From Myxococcota bacterium (GTDB lineage Bacteria > Myxococcota_A > UBA9042 > PHBI01 > JAWLBL01), in contig JAWLBL010000017.1 in the NCBI GenBank assembly GCA_041687695.1, forward strand, positions 96,001 through 160,000: 64,000 bases of DNA, read 5' to 3'. Below are positions 27,675 to 37,370 of the stretch, piece by piece. Position 1 is the first letter of the stretch, and every line of letters begins with the position of its first letter. Under the pieces are notes generated by a model. That model was given only the letters and a program-made list of their open reading frames with translations, did not search any database and had not been told where the DNA came from. Made by a program: the position numbers and the translations under genes.

Positions 27675-28688
27675 ATGACTCGATCTGGAACCTACCGCTG
27701 GTTGACCTCCGCCCTGCTGGCCGCGTCCCTCGTCTTCGGCGCAGGCGGCGCCGCCATGGCGCAGGAGGGCGAGTTCACGTTGCGCATCGGGACGGTCGCC
27801 CCGCAGGGGACGCCGTGGTCGGCGCTCCTGGCGAGCGTCAAGAAGCGCATCGAGAAGGAGTCGGGCGGCCGGATCAAGGTCAAGCTGTACCTGGGCGGTC
27901 AGCTCGGCAGCGAGAACAGCCTGGTGCGTCGCTGCCAGAGCGGCTCCGTCGGCGGCATCGCCGTGTCCAACGGCGCGCTCGGCTCGGCGGTGCCCGAGCT
28001 GTTCAGCACGGAGCTGCCCTTTCTGTTCTCGAGCTACGAGCAGGCCGACCGCGCCCTGGACGCGTCGACCCCGCTGGTCCGCGAGCTGATGGCCGACAAG
28101 GGCTTCGTCTTCTACATGTGGGGCGAGAACGGCTTTCGCCACTTCGGCTCCAAAGAGAAGTTCATGATGACGCCGGCGGATCTCCGCGGTCAGAAGATGC
28201 GCGCGCAGCCGGCGATGCCGCACGTCGAGATGTATCGCACGCTCGGCGCCAGCGCCTCGACCATCGCGGTCGGCGAGGTCACCAGCGCCCTGGCCAACAA
28301 CGTGGTCGTCGGCTTCGACAACACGCTGCTGTATGCGTTCGCGACCCAGTGGCACAAGGAGGTCAAGTACATGACCCTGTCGAGCCACATCTACCAGCCG
28401 GCGATCGTGACCTGGTGCAAGTCGTTCTACGACAGCCTGCCGGACGACCTGAAGAAGGTGATGGACGCCGTCCCCGAGGGCGAGACCAAGCGTGGCCGCT
28501 CGGCGGTGCGTGCCATGAACAAGCTGCTCGAGAAGAAGGTGGCCGAGGCCGGCGTCGAGGTGAAGGCGCTGTCGGACGCGCAGAAGGCCGCGTTCAAGGC
28601 CGCCACCGCGTCGGTGCACGGTAAGTTCAAGGCCGAGACGTCGGCCAAGGGTCGGCAGCTGCTGGAGCTGCTGCAGAAGCACCTGTAG
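27675..28688 (+). CDS. dctP: TRAP transporter substrate-binding protein
   Basis: LRIGTVAPQGTPW, SGGRIKVKLYLGGQLG.E, ELPFLF, ENGFRH, DLRGQKMR; AAGGAG RBS. Confidence 0.93.
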   Translation: MTRSGTYRWLTSALLAASLVFGAGGAAMAQEGEFTLRIGTVAPQGTPWSALLASVKKRIEKESGGRIKVKLYLGGQLGSENSLVRRCQSGSVGGIAVSNGALGSAVPELFSTELPFLFSSYEQADRALDASTPLVRELMADKGFVFYMWGENGFRHFGSKEKFMMTPADLRGQKMRAQPAMPHVEMYRTLGASASTIAVGEVTSALANNVVVGFDNTLLYAFATQWHKEVKYMTLSSHIYQPAIVTWCKSFYDSLPDDLKKVMDAVPEGETKRGRSAVRAMNKLLEKKVAEAGVEVKALSDAQKAAFKAATASVHGKFKAETSAKGRQLLELLQKHL

Positions 28689-28708
28689 GTCGGGAGCGCG
28701 AGCGCACC

Positions 28709-29692
28709 ATGTCGGATCCGAAGGGGAGCGAGGCCCCGAGCCTCGCCGAGCGACTCGACCGGCAGGTGCACGCGGTCGAGGGGGGGCTCGTCACGGGCGC
28801 GCTGCTCGTGATGGCCCTCACCTACTTCCTGACCATCGTCTACCGGGAGATGCGCGCCGAGACGAGCGCGTTCGATCGGTTGTTCCTCGACCTGTTCTTT
28901 GGGTTCGGGACCGTGCAGGAGGCCAAGGACGCTCCCGAGGTCCTCGCCCGGGTCAAGAACGTCGTCACGCCGCTCATCCTGGGCGCCTTCACGTTCGGCA
29001 TGGCCATCCTGGCGGTGCGCACGCGAGAGCGCGTGGACCTCGAGCCCGGCGCCGAGCCCCCGCCGGTGCGGTGGGGACGACGCCTCGGTCTGGCCGCCGT
29101 GTCCACGGCCGTCGCGTACGGGGCGCTCAAGGTCATCGAGGTGACCCCGGCACGGGTCCTCTGTTTGGTGGCGCTGTTGGCCATGCTGGGGCCGGCGGTC
29201 GTCATCACCTGGCGTCGCCGCGCGCTGGGCGGCCTCGCGGGGGCCGCGCTCGGCGGCGGACTCATGGCCTGGTTCTTCGCCACCAAGGTCGAGCAGGCCT
29301 ACCTGTGGAGCGCCGAGCTGTCGAGCGTGCTGCTCATGTACGTCGGGTTCATCGGCGCCTCGATGGCGACGCGCGAGCGCCGCCACATCCGCGTGGACTT
29401 CGTCCGCAAGAACGTGCCGCCGCGTTTTCTGAACCTCTACAACGCCCTGGGCGGGCTGGTGACGGTTCTGTTCATCGTCTTCCTGCTGGTCCTGGCGACG
29501 CAGTACCTGAGCAGCCAGATGGGCCACGGCTCGATGCTCCAGGCGACCGGCCTGCCCGAGTACGCGGTTTCGCTGCCCATCGCGCTGGCGCTGGTGCTCA
29601 TGGCCGTGCGGTTCGCCGGCCAGGCCCTCGCCGACCTGCGAGGCTTCTTGCGGGGTGAGGTCCCCGCCCCGACCGGGCCGGAGATCCACTGA
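28709..29692 (+). CDS. dctQ: TRAP small permease, enlarged (327 aa) with extra TM helices
   Basis: W..ELS..L..YVGFIGAS.A....RHIRVDF motif; position between dctP and dctM. Confidence 0.85.
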   Translation: MSDPKGSEAPSLAERLDRQVHAVEGGLVTGALLVMALTYFLTIVYREMRAETSAFDRLFLDLFFGFGTVQEAKDAPEVLARVKNVVTPLILGAFTFGMAILAVRTRERVDLEPGAEPPPVRWGRRLGLAAVSTAVAYGALKVIEVTPARVLCLVALLAMLGPAVVITWRRRALGGLAGAALGGGLMAWFFATKVEQAYLWSAELSSVLLMYVGFIGASMATRERRHIRVDFVRKNVPPRFLNLYNALGGLVTVLFIVFLLVLATQYLSSQMGHGSMLQATGLPEYAVSLPIALALVLMAVRFAGQALADLRGFLRGEVPAPTGPEIH

Positions 29693-31434
29693 TGCTTTCG
29701 GGCCTGTCCCTCACCTCCGGGGCGATGCTGGCGGCGGCCGAGCCGATGGCGGGAGGGGGCGTCCTCATCGTCGCCGTCCTGCTCGGGCTCATCCTGCTCG
29801 GCGCGCCCCTGTTCGTCATCATCGGCGGCCTGACCGTCGCCTGCTTCGTCGCCTTCCCGGAGTTCGCCGCGGCCTTCGACTCGCTCGAGGGCTTCACGCG
29901 CAACTTCAACCTCATCGAGCGCATGGTCGAGCTGGCCGAGCAGCCGACCATGGTCGCCATCCCCTTCTTCATGATCGCCGGCGCCATCATGAGCCGCGGC
30001 GCCATCGCCCGGCGCCTGGTCGACTTCGCCAACGCCGTCTTCGGCTGGCTCCCGGGCGGCCTCGCCCTGAGCACCATCGCCGCCTGCATGTTCTTCGCCG
30101 CCATCAGCGGCTCCTCGCCCGTCACGGTCATCACCATCGGCGCCATCATGCTGCCGGCCATGGTCGCCGCCGGCTACAAGGAGAACCTCGGCGTCGGCCT
30201 CATCACCTCGGCCGGCACGCTCGGCATCATCATCCCGCCCTCCATCCCGATGATCATCTACGCCATCTTCGCGTCGAGCGCGGGGCAGTCGGTGAACATC
30301 GAGGACCTCTTCATCGCGGGCATCGGGCCGGGGATCCTCATCGGCCTGCTGCTCGCCGGCTACTGCATCCTCAAGGGCCGGGGCGTCGCGCGCGAGCGCT
30401 TCAGCGGGTCCAAGGTCGCCCAGACCTTCCTCGACGGCATCTGGTCGCTGTCGCTGCCGGGGTTCATCCTGGGCGGCATCTACCTCGGGCTGTTCAACGC
30501 GACCGAGGCCGCCGCCATCAGCGTCGTCCTGGCGCTCGTCATCGAGCTGCTCATCCACAAGAGCATCAAGCCGGACGAGCTGCCGAAGATCCTGACCGAG
30601 TCGGCCGTGCTGATGGGCTCCATCCTCATCATCATCTGCGTGGCCTTCGGCTTCAGCGAGTTCATGGCCATCAAGCAGATCCCCAGCCAGATCGTCGGCT
30701 GGCTGGCAGAGTGGGAGCTGACGCCCTTCACGTTCGTCCTGCTCCTGAACGTCCTGCTCCTGCTGGTCGGCTGCCTGATGGACATCATCAGCGCCATCAT
30801 CCTCTTCGTCCCCCTCATCGCGCCCATCGCCGGTCAGCTGGGCTTCGACCCCGTGCACGTCGGGCTCATCTTCATCGTGAACCTCGAGATCGGCTACCTG
30901 ACGCCGCCGCTCGGGCTGAACCTGTTCGTTACGACGAGCTACTTCAACAAGTCCTTCGGGATGGTCATCCGGTCGGTGGCGCCGTTCCTGCTCATCCTGG
31001 CCTCGAGCCTGATGATCGTCACCTACGTGCCCACCATCTCGCTGGGCCTCGGCAACCTGAAGGCCGACCGGGACTTCTGGGTGCCGTTCCCCGAGAGCCG
31101 CGTCCTGAAGCCGCTCGACGACGGGCCGGCCGAGGACGAGCTGCTCGACGACGACCTGCTGCTCGACCCGCTCGAGGCCCAGATCGACGACGACGGGGCG
31201 TCGCCGACGCCCAAGCAGGGGGAAGACACCATCCAGGACATGATGCAGGATCCCGAGTACCGCAAGCTCATGCAGGAGATGGCGGCCGACGGTGAGGGCG
31301 ACGAGGAGCCGGAGGCAGAGGTCGAGCCCGAGCCGGAGCCCGAGCCGGAGCCGGCGGGGGCCGAGACCATCCAGGACATGATGAAGGATCCCGAGTACCG
31401 CAAGCTCATGCGCGAGATGCAGCAGGCGGAGTAG
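29692..31434 (+). CDS. dctM: TRAP large permease with acidic C-terminal tail containing a duplicated motif
   Basis: AIPFF, AAISGSS, GTLGIIIPPSIPMIIY, ATEAA, IGYLTPPLGLNLFV. Confidence 0.95.
   Translation: MLSGLSLTSGAMLAAAEPMAGGGVLIVAVLLGLILLGAPLFVIIGGLTVACFVAFPEFAAAFDSLEGFTRNFNLIERMVELAEQPTMVAIPFFMIAGAIMSRGAIARRLVDFANAVFGWLPGGLALSTIAACMFFAAISGSSPVTVITIGAIMLPAMVAAGYKENLGVGLITSAGTLGIIIPPSIPMIIYAIFASSAGQSVNIEDLFIAGIGPGILIGLLLAGYCILKGRGVARERFSGSKVAQTFLDGIWSLSLPGFILGGIYLGLFNATEAAAISVVLALVIELLIHKSIKPDELPKILTESAVLMGSILIIICVAFGFSEFMAIKQIPSQIVGWLAEWELTPFTFVLLLNVLLLLVGCLMDIISAIILFVPLIAPIAGQLGFDPVHVGLIFIVNLEIGYLTPPLGLNLFVTTSYFNKSFGMVIRSVAPFLLILASSLMIVTYVPTISLGLGNLKADRDFWVPFPESRVLKPLDDGPAEDELLDDDLLLDPLEAQIDDDGASPTPKQGEDTIQDMMQDPEYRKLMQEMAADGEGDEEPEAEVEPEPEPEPEPAGAETIQDMMKDPEYRKLMREMQQAE
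31228..31419 (+). repeat. Two 54-bp in-frame copies (TIQDMM(Q/K)DPEYRKLM(Q/R)EM) in the dctM tail
   Basis: 31228-31281 versus 31366-31419, 3 mismatches, separated by an EP-repeat linker. Confidence 0.92.
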
Positions 31435-31513
31435 GGACGGGGAGGGGGCGCGCGTCGCCGGCCCCCGACCAGCCTCGGCAGCCGTCCTCGGCGCGAGTCC
31501 TCAGCGCAAGTCC

Positions 31514-32194
31514 TCAGTGAAGGACGGGCGGCGTCTCGCCGGGGTCGTCAGCCGCGCGGAGGTCCCGCGCGGCGTCCTCATCGGGCTGGTCGAGGCGGGC
31601 CGGGCGTACGGCGAAGCCCAGGTCGGCCCAGAAGCGCAGGAAGAAGATGGCCTTTTCGAGGTAGTCGCGCGCGTCGAGCTCGTCGAGGCCGCGATAGCGG
31701 CCCTGTGCGAGCGCGGCGGCGAGATCGGTGGCGAGGGCGACCATCGCTGGCGGCGTCATGGCCTGCTGGGCGCGCAGCCACAGGTCCTCGTCGTCCAGGA
31801 CGACCTCGAGGGCGCCGGCCGAGAACTCGCATGGGTCCATGGGAAAGAGGCTGTAGGGCGAGGCGTAGGGGCAACGTTCGCAGTCGTGCTCGCGTCGCCG
31901 GGCGCTCAAGTAGTCTTCGAGCTCGAGGTCCAGGTCCGACTCGCCGTACTCGTCGATGAGGCGGCTCTCCCAGTCGGGGTCGTCCTCGAGGCGCGGCGCC
32001 GACACGGCCTCACAGGGCGGGACGGTCAGGGCCTGATACCGCTCTTCGAGGGCCACGAGCTCGGCCATCTCCTCGCCGACCAGGCCCTGCGTCACGGCCT
32101 GCTCGACCAGGCGCTCCACCTCGTCGGCCACCGAGGGCTCCCGGCAGGCGCCCGCGCGGAACGGCCGAATCAGCCGCCAATCCAATCGCTTCAT
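31514..32194 (-). CDS. Hypothetical acidic protein with a CxxC motif
   Basis: Coding-like codon use; CERC; start 32194 or 32200. Confidence 0.6.
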   Translation of the reverse strand: MKRLDWRLIRPFRAGACREPSVADEVERLVEQAVTQGLVGEEMAELVALEERYQALTVPPCEAVSAPRLEDDPDWESRLIDEYGESDLDLELEDYLSARRREHDCERCPYASPYSLFPMDPCEFSAGALEVVLDDEDLWLRAQQAMTPPAMVALATDLAAALAQGRYRGLDELDARDYLEKAIFFLRFWADLGFAVRPARLDQPDEDAARDLRAADDPGETPPVLH

Positions 32195-32370
32195 GCTCAT
32201 GCTCGCAACCTGCGTCGCTCCGGCGGCGAGCCCCGAGGTGGCTCGTGGGTGGGGCCGACGCGCCCGCTAGTCTGGACCCGTGCCGGCGCCGCCGCAATGG
32301 TTCATCGGTCCCGGTGCCGGCTCCGGACCGGGCCGAGCCGTCGTCCGAGGGCCCGGGGCCGCGGCGCACC

Positions 32371-32400
32371 TTGACTCGGCGGCGGGCCGGCTCGGATAAT
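32371..32400 (+). promoter_or_regulatory. Possible sigma70-like promoter
   Basis: TTGACT-18 nt-GATAAT upstream of the FG-GAP gene. Confidence 0.4.
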
Positions 32401-32425
32401 CCGCGGCGGCCCCGGGGAGACACGC

Positions 32426-35400
32426 ATGAGAAGTTCAAGGACGCGCGGATGTGGCCTGCCACGGGTCGCGGCGACGGTAGGCAGGCCCGCAGCGGCGCTG
32501 CTCATGCTGCTCGCCGTGTCGTCGAGCGGGTGCCCGGACGAGACGGTCTCGTCGCAACCGGAGCTGGGGTTTCCCAAGCCCGACAAGTCGGTCGCCGATC
32601 TCTCGGACGACGTCCCGCAGGGCGACACCGCGGAGACCGAGCCGCGCGTCGAGATCCTGGGGCTGGTCGGGCTCGAGGAGCACGGCGACCTGTTCTGCCC
32701 CAACGAGCAGACGGTCATCATCGGGGCTCGCAACATCGGCGACCGCCCGCTGCGGCTCATCATCAACGACTTCCTGCTGCTCGACGCGGAGCCCGTGCCC
32801 GACTCGGCGCCGGATCGTTTCCTGGTCACGGCGGACTTCTCGGTCCTGCTCACGCCCGACGTCGGGCTGACCGACGGCGCGCAGCTGACCCTGACCGCGG
32901 CCGCCCTCGAGGACGGCAACATCCCGCTCGACGAACGCTACAAGCACACCCGCACCTTCACCCTGGACGCTGTGGCGCCGCAGCTGACGGTGACCGAGCC
33001 CGACACCGCCGAGTGTCCGGTGACCCTCATCGGGCAGGTCGGCATCGGCGGGAAGGTCACCGACAACCGGCAGGTCGGGCGCGTCGAGGTCCGCTTCGCC
33101 GGTGACACGATGGGATCGTTCCCGCGGGCCGAGGGCGAGACGACGAGCCAGAGCTTCAACACCGAGGTCGACCTGCGGCTCGCGCCGAGCGCGCTCGAGC
33201 CGTTCGAGATCGTGGCCTACGACGCCTGCGGGCAGTCGACCGCCTGGGCCTGTGACGCGAAGGTCGTCCGCTGGGCGTGGTTGCGCGAGCACCCGAGCTA
33301 CCCGCTGCCGAACGAGCCGTTCATCAACGACGTAGACCTGCTCGACTGGGACGGCGACGGCTACACGGACGCGCTGTTCGCGACCAACAAGGGCGTCATG
33401 CTGGCCTTGAACGGCGGCGAGGACGCGCCCGGCACCTTTCACGAGAAGATCGTCCTGACCTCCAAGGCCGCCGACCTCGTGGCGAGCGTGGATCTGGACG
33501 AGGACGGTGAGCTGGACATCGTCACCGTCGAGCGGGTCAACGGCCCGCTGTCGTTGGTGGTCTACCGACACCTCCTCGACGGCTCGCTGTCGCCCGAAGA
33601 GGTGCGGCCGCTGGGGCTCGCGAACCAGGCGAAGGTCGTCGACATGGTGGTGGCGGACTTCACGGGCGACCCCGCCGAGTCCAAGCGCGACGACGTCATC
33701 ATCGCTAGCGACAGCCAGCAGCAGACGCTGATCCTCTTCAAGCGTCAGAACGCGGACAACCCGACCGCGGCCGACCAGTGCCACGAGGTGGTGGTCGAGG
33801 CCGATCCCGGCCCCGGTGGGGACGCCGACGCCGACGCCGGGAGCGCGGACGTGGCGCAGCAGACCCAGATCGTCTGCCCCGCGCTGTTCGCCGAGCCGTC
33901 CTTCGCCGGGCCGGTCGACAAGGTCACGCAGATCGCCGCGTACGACCTGCCCGGGCCGGACGGTCCGGACGGCTACCTCGACCTGGTGCTGGGCGCCGAC
34001 GCCAAGAGCGCCGTCTACGCGTTCCCGAACCGGTTCAGCCAGACGGCCAGCCTGGACACGTCGTTCACGATCTCGACCGTGTCCTTCGCGTGGCCCGACC
34101 CCCAGACGTCGACGCGCCCGCGCCACTTCTGCCTGGGCAACTTCATCCAGACGGGCGAGGTGAACGACCCCGTGGACATGGTCGTGGGCCTCGAGGGAGA
34201 GGGGAACTGGCGCGTCCTGCGCGGCGTGTCCAGCGAGGTCGGCAAGTTCCTGGTGAACAAGGAGAACGCCGAGGACCCGCACGACGTGCTGTCCATGTCG
34301 GGGTCGACGGGGACGGACATCGGCGGGATGGTGTGCGGGGACTTCAACGCGGACGGCTACGACGACTTCATCGTGATCAGCCGCGCGAGCCGGCTGATGC
34401 AGGTTCATCTGGGCGACGGGATGGGCCGCTTCAACCAGCTGCCGGCCTCGAACCTGCTCAACCCGGTCAACGAGGGCATCGGGTTCGTGGTGCACCGCGA
34501 CGCGGCCAAGCCGCAGGTCGCCGACCTGGACAACGACGGCCTGCTCGACCTGCTCGTCTCCCAGCGCGGCAACGGCTTCGGCGTCTACCTGAACCGGACC
34601 ACGTCCGAGCGGGGCTTCGACTTCGACGCGATGCGGGCGCTGGTCACGCCGCTCGCCAACAAGTCGACGACCGGGCGCCTGCAGCGCATGGCGCTCGGCG
34701 ATCTCAACGGGGACGGCAAGCCCGAGGTCGTGGCCATGAGCAAGGCCTCGACCAAGGGCAACGAGAAGTGGATCGACCTGTTCCACCCGCTGGCCAAGCA
34801 GTACCGGATGTGGTTCGGGAGCCCCGAGAAGAACGCCATCGCGCCGGTCGTGTACGTCTGGCGCAACGGCCAGTACGGGGCAGACATGCCCTCGTTCCCC
34901 GCGGCCTACGACACGCTCCCGTCCAAGCTCTACGACGAGCCGTTCTATGGCGCGGTCGATCCGCTGGCCATCCAGGTGGTGGACCTGGCGGGGCCGAACG
35001 GGATGCAGCCGGACGGCTTCGCCGACCTGGTCGTGTCGGGTGCGCCGGCCGACTCGATCGAGACCAGCTTCAACCTGCTCATCAACAACGCGACCGACGG
35101 CGACTTCTGGGACGTCTCCAAGCTCACCGAGCCGAAGGGGGCGATGTTCCGGCCCTGGAGCGGTTACGAGAAGGGCTCGGAGCCCATCTACGATTTCGCG
35201 CTGATCCCGGATCCGGGGGGCGGGATCGTGCCGGCCTTGGCGGTGGGCATGAAACGCCACGCCCAGTGGGAGCCCGAATGCGTCCAGCCCACGCTGCGGG
35301 TCTGCCCGTGGGACTTCAACAAGCCCGTTCCGGGCTTCGATGGCGTGACGGCGCCTTATTGGCGTTGTCCCATCTACTATGGCCTGTCCGATGACTGCCC

Positions 35401-36076
35401 GAACGTCGCGTTGCCGACGCTGGACAAGCTCATCGGCGGCCAGGTCCGGGACATCGAGCGCATCGCCGTGTCGGGGCCGCTCGCGGGTTCGCCCACCCAG
35501 GATCCCAACGTCGACTCGGACCTCATCCTGGTCAACCAGGCGACCAACTCGATCACCTACTTCCGCTTCGACCCCTCGAAGGGCGCCCATCCCTTCGCGA
35601 CCGGCAAGGAGAAGGGCATCGGCTCGGCGCCCAAGGACATCGCGATCGGCGACGTCAGCGGCGACGGCCTCGTGGACATGGTGACCTCCGTCCAGGACTT
35701 CGTCTTCATGGCCTTCGGCCGCACCGGCGACGACCCGTTCGATGCGCCCGTCAACATCGACGTCGGCGGCGAGAAGCAGAAGGGGCCCGAGAACGTGGTC
35801 CTCAGCGACCTCAACGCGGATGGGCTGCTGGACGTCATCTGGACCGAGAAGGGCAACGGACGCGTGGCCTCGTACCTGAACATCGGCCCCGACCCCAAGG
35901 ACGCCGGGCGTTGGCGCTTCAAGGGCCCGTTCTATCAGGACGTGTGCGACCAGCCGACCGAGATCGTGACCTACGACTTCGATGGCGACGGGTGCGACGA
36001 GGTGCTGGTGCTCTGCGAGCGGGCCGGCGCCATCGCGGTGGTCGCCAACGACACCTGCACCAAGCTGGCGCAATGA
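32426..36076 (+). CDS. Large FG-GAP/VCBS (integrin-alpha-like) repeat lipoprotein with N-terminal Ig-like region
   Basis: Lipobox-like SSGC; many DxDGDGxxD motifs (DWDGDGYTD, DFNADGYDD, DLDNDGLLD, DLNGDGKPE, DVSGDGLVD, DLNADGLLD, DFDGDGCDE); start uncertain. Confidence 0.88.
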   Translation: MRSSRTRGCGLPRVAATVGRPAAALLMLLAVSSSGCPDETVSSQPELGFPKPDKSVADLSDDVPQGDTAETEPRVEILGLVGLEEHGDLFCPNEQTVIIGARNIGDRPLRLIINDFLLLDAEPVPDSAPDRFLVTADFSVLLTPDVGLTDGAQLTLTAAALEDGNIPLDERYKHTRTFTLDAVAPQLTVTEPDTAECPVTLIGQVGIGGKVTDNRQVGRVEVRFAGDTMGSFPRAEGETTSQSFNTEVDLRLAPSALEPFEIVAYDACGQSTAWACDAKVVRWAWLREHPSYPLPNEPFINDVDLLDWDGDGYTDALFATNKGVMLALNGGEDAPGTFHEKIVLTSKAADLVASVDLDEDGELDIVTVERVNGPLSLVVYRHLLDGSLSPEEVRPLGLANQAKVVDMVVADFTGDPAESKRDDVIIASDSQQQTLILFKRQNADNPTAADQCHEVVVEADPGPGGDADADAGSADVAQQTQIVCPALFAEPSFAGPVDKVTQIAAYDLPGPDGPDGYLDLVLGADAKSAVYAFPNRFSQTASLDTSFTISTVSFAWPDPQTSTRPRHFCLGNFIQTGEVNDPVDMVVGLEGEGNWRVLRGVSSEVGKFLVNKENAEDPHDVLSMSGSTGTDIGGMVCGDFNADGYDDFIVISRASRLMQVHLGDGMGRFNQLPASNLLNPVNEGIGFVVHRDAAKPQVADLDNDGLLDLLVSQRGNGFGVYLNRTTSERGFDFDAMRALVTPLANKSTTGRLQRMALGDLNGDGKPEVVAMSKASTKGNEKWIDLFHPLAKQYRMWFGSPEKNAIAPVVYVWRNGQYGADMPSFPAAYDTLPSKLYDEPFYGAVDPLAIQVVDLAGPNGMQPDGFADLVVSGAPADSIETSFNLLINNATDGDFWDVSKLTEPKGAMFRPWSGYEKGSEPIYDFALIPDPGGGIVPALAVGMKRHAQWEPECVQPTLRVCPWDFNKPVPGFDGVTAPYWRCPIYYGLSDDCPNVALPTLDKLIGGQVRDIERIAVSGPLAGSPTQDPNVDSDLILVNQATNSITYFRFDPSKGAHPFATGKEKGIGSAPKDIAIGDVSGDGLVDMVTSVQDFVFMAFGRTGDDPFDAPVNIDVGGEKQKGPENVVLSDLNADGLLDVIWTEKGNGRVASYLNIGPDPKDAGRWRFKGPFYQDVCDQPTEIVTYDFDGDGCDEVLVLCERAGAIAVVANDTCTKLAQ

Positions 36077-36127
36077 GGCCACGGCCCGGGGGCCCGCCTC
36101 GCGCGGCCCCCTCGGGTCGCGGCGACG

Positions 36128-37297
36128 TCAAAAGACCTGGATGCGCTCCTCGAGCCGCTTGGCCGACTCGCGGAGCTTGACGCGCTGGGCCTCGAGCGGC
36201 GCTCGCTCGGGCGACGGCATGCGGAACGCGTATCCGTCGCCGCTGGGCCGCTTGTGTTGGTCGAGCGCGGCGGTGATCGCGGGGCCGAGGGTCTTGAGGA
36301 CCTGCCACAGCTCGAAGGCGCGCAGCTTGTCGTTCTCGGGCAGCGCAAGATAGAGGGTCTCGAGGCGCTTGATGTCGACCTGGCCCTCGAGGCGCTCCCA
36401 GTAGTCGTAGCCGGCCTCGCCTTCGAGCCCGAGGAGCTTGGAGAGGCCGTCGGTCATCTCGAGCGTGGCGCTGGTGAAGCGCCCGAGGGCCGTGTCGGGC
36501 AGGCGGCCTTCGGGCGGCGCGGTGGGCGCGTCCGAGCTGGCGACGAGCGCCGTGGGTGGGGCCTCGGCCGTCGTGAAGAGGCCGGGCTCGACGAGCCACA
36601 CGATCCCGACGCCGGCGCCCAGCGTGCCGAGGACCAGACCTGCGACCGCGACGCCCGAGCGCTTCTTGCCAGGCCGACCCGCGGGCTCGGGGCGGCGCGC
36701 CGTCGTCCCCGCGCGCTCGGGGCGAGCCGGCGCTCCAGGCGGCCGCGGCGCGCCGTTGGGCGTGTCGGACCAGGCCGTCGGGCCGCTGTCCTGAGGGACC
36801 TCGGGAGCCGAGGGTTCTTGCGTCGCCCAGGGATTCGGCGCGGGCGCGGAGCCGGCGCCCGCCGGCCAGGCCGAAGGGCCCTGGTCGGACGGGAGGTTGG
36901 GGGTGGGGGCGTCGAAGGCCGTGGCCCACGAGACCGGCTCGGCGGCGGGCCCGGCGGCGTTGGCTGGAGCGGCGGGCGGCGCGGACGGAGCGGCGCCCCA
37001 GGCCTCGGGCGAGGCCGCCGACGGCGGGTCAGCCCAGCCGCCCGCGGTCGGCCCCATGTACGGCGATGGCCCGCTCGGCGGGGTCACCGCGCCGAAGGCG
37101 ACGGTCGGACGGGCCGGCGGTCGGGTGGCGGCCGGGGCCTGAGGCGGAGCCGGCGGCGTGGGCGGGCTAGGGGCCGCTGGCGGCTCGAGCGCCTGCAGCG
37201 CGCGCGATTGGGCGGCGAAGAACTTGGCGAAGACGATGCCGCAACCGCCGCACTCGTCGCCGGAAGGTTGTTCGTAGCCGCACCTGGGACATTCCAC
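36128..37297 (-). CDS. Zinc-ribbon + Pro-rich linker + TM + helical domain protein
   Basis: MECPRCG......ECGGCG.VF.KF; Pro/Ala-rich linker; TM at VAVAGLVLGTLGAGVGIVWLV. Confidence 0.8.
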   Translation of the reverse strand: MECPRCGYEQPSGDECGGCGIVFAKFFAAQSRALQALEPPAAPSPPTPPAPPQAPAATRPPARPTVAFGAVTPPSGPSPYMGPTAGGWADPPSAASPEAWGAAPSAPPAAPANAAGPAAEPVSWATAFDAPTPNLPSDQGPSAWPAGAGSAPAPNPWATQEPSAPEVPQDSGPTAWSDTPNGAPRPPGAPARPERAGTTARRPEPAGRPGKKRSGVAVAGLVLGTLGAGVGIVWLVEPGLFTTAEAPPTALVASSDAPTAPPEGRLPDTALGRFTSATLEMTDGLSKLLGLEGEAGYDYWERLEGQVDIKRLETLYLALPENDKLRAFELWQVLKTLGPAITAALDQHKRPSGDGYAFRMPSPERAPLEAQRVKLRESAKRLEERIQVF

Positions 37298-37327
37298 GTC
37301 CGCCTCCCCCGTGGGTGTGGAGCCCGC

Positions 37328-37356
37328 ATCATAGACCGCGCCGGCGGGCTCGACAA
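37328..37356 (-). promoter_or_regulatory. Sigma70-like promoter for the zinc-ribbon gene
   Basis: Minus strand TTGTCG-17 nt-TATGAT. Confidence 0.5.
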
Positions 37357-37370
37357 TTTCAGCAATGCTG

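Noticed and set aside
32435..36082. 1,215-aa minus-strand ORF
   Set aside because: Antisense shadow of the FG-GAP gene
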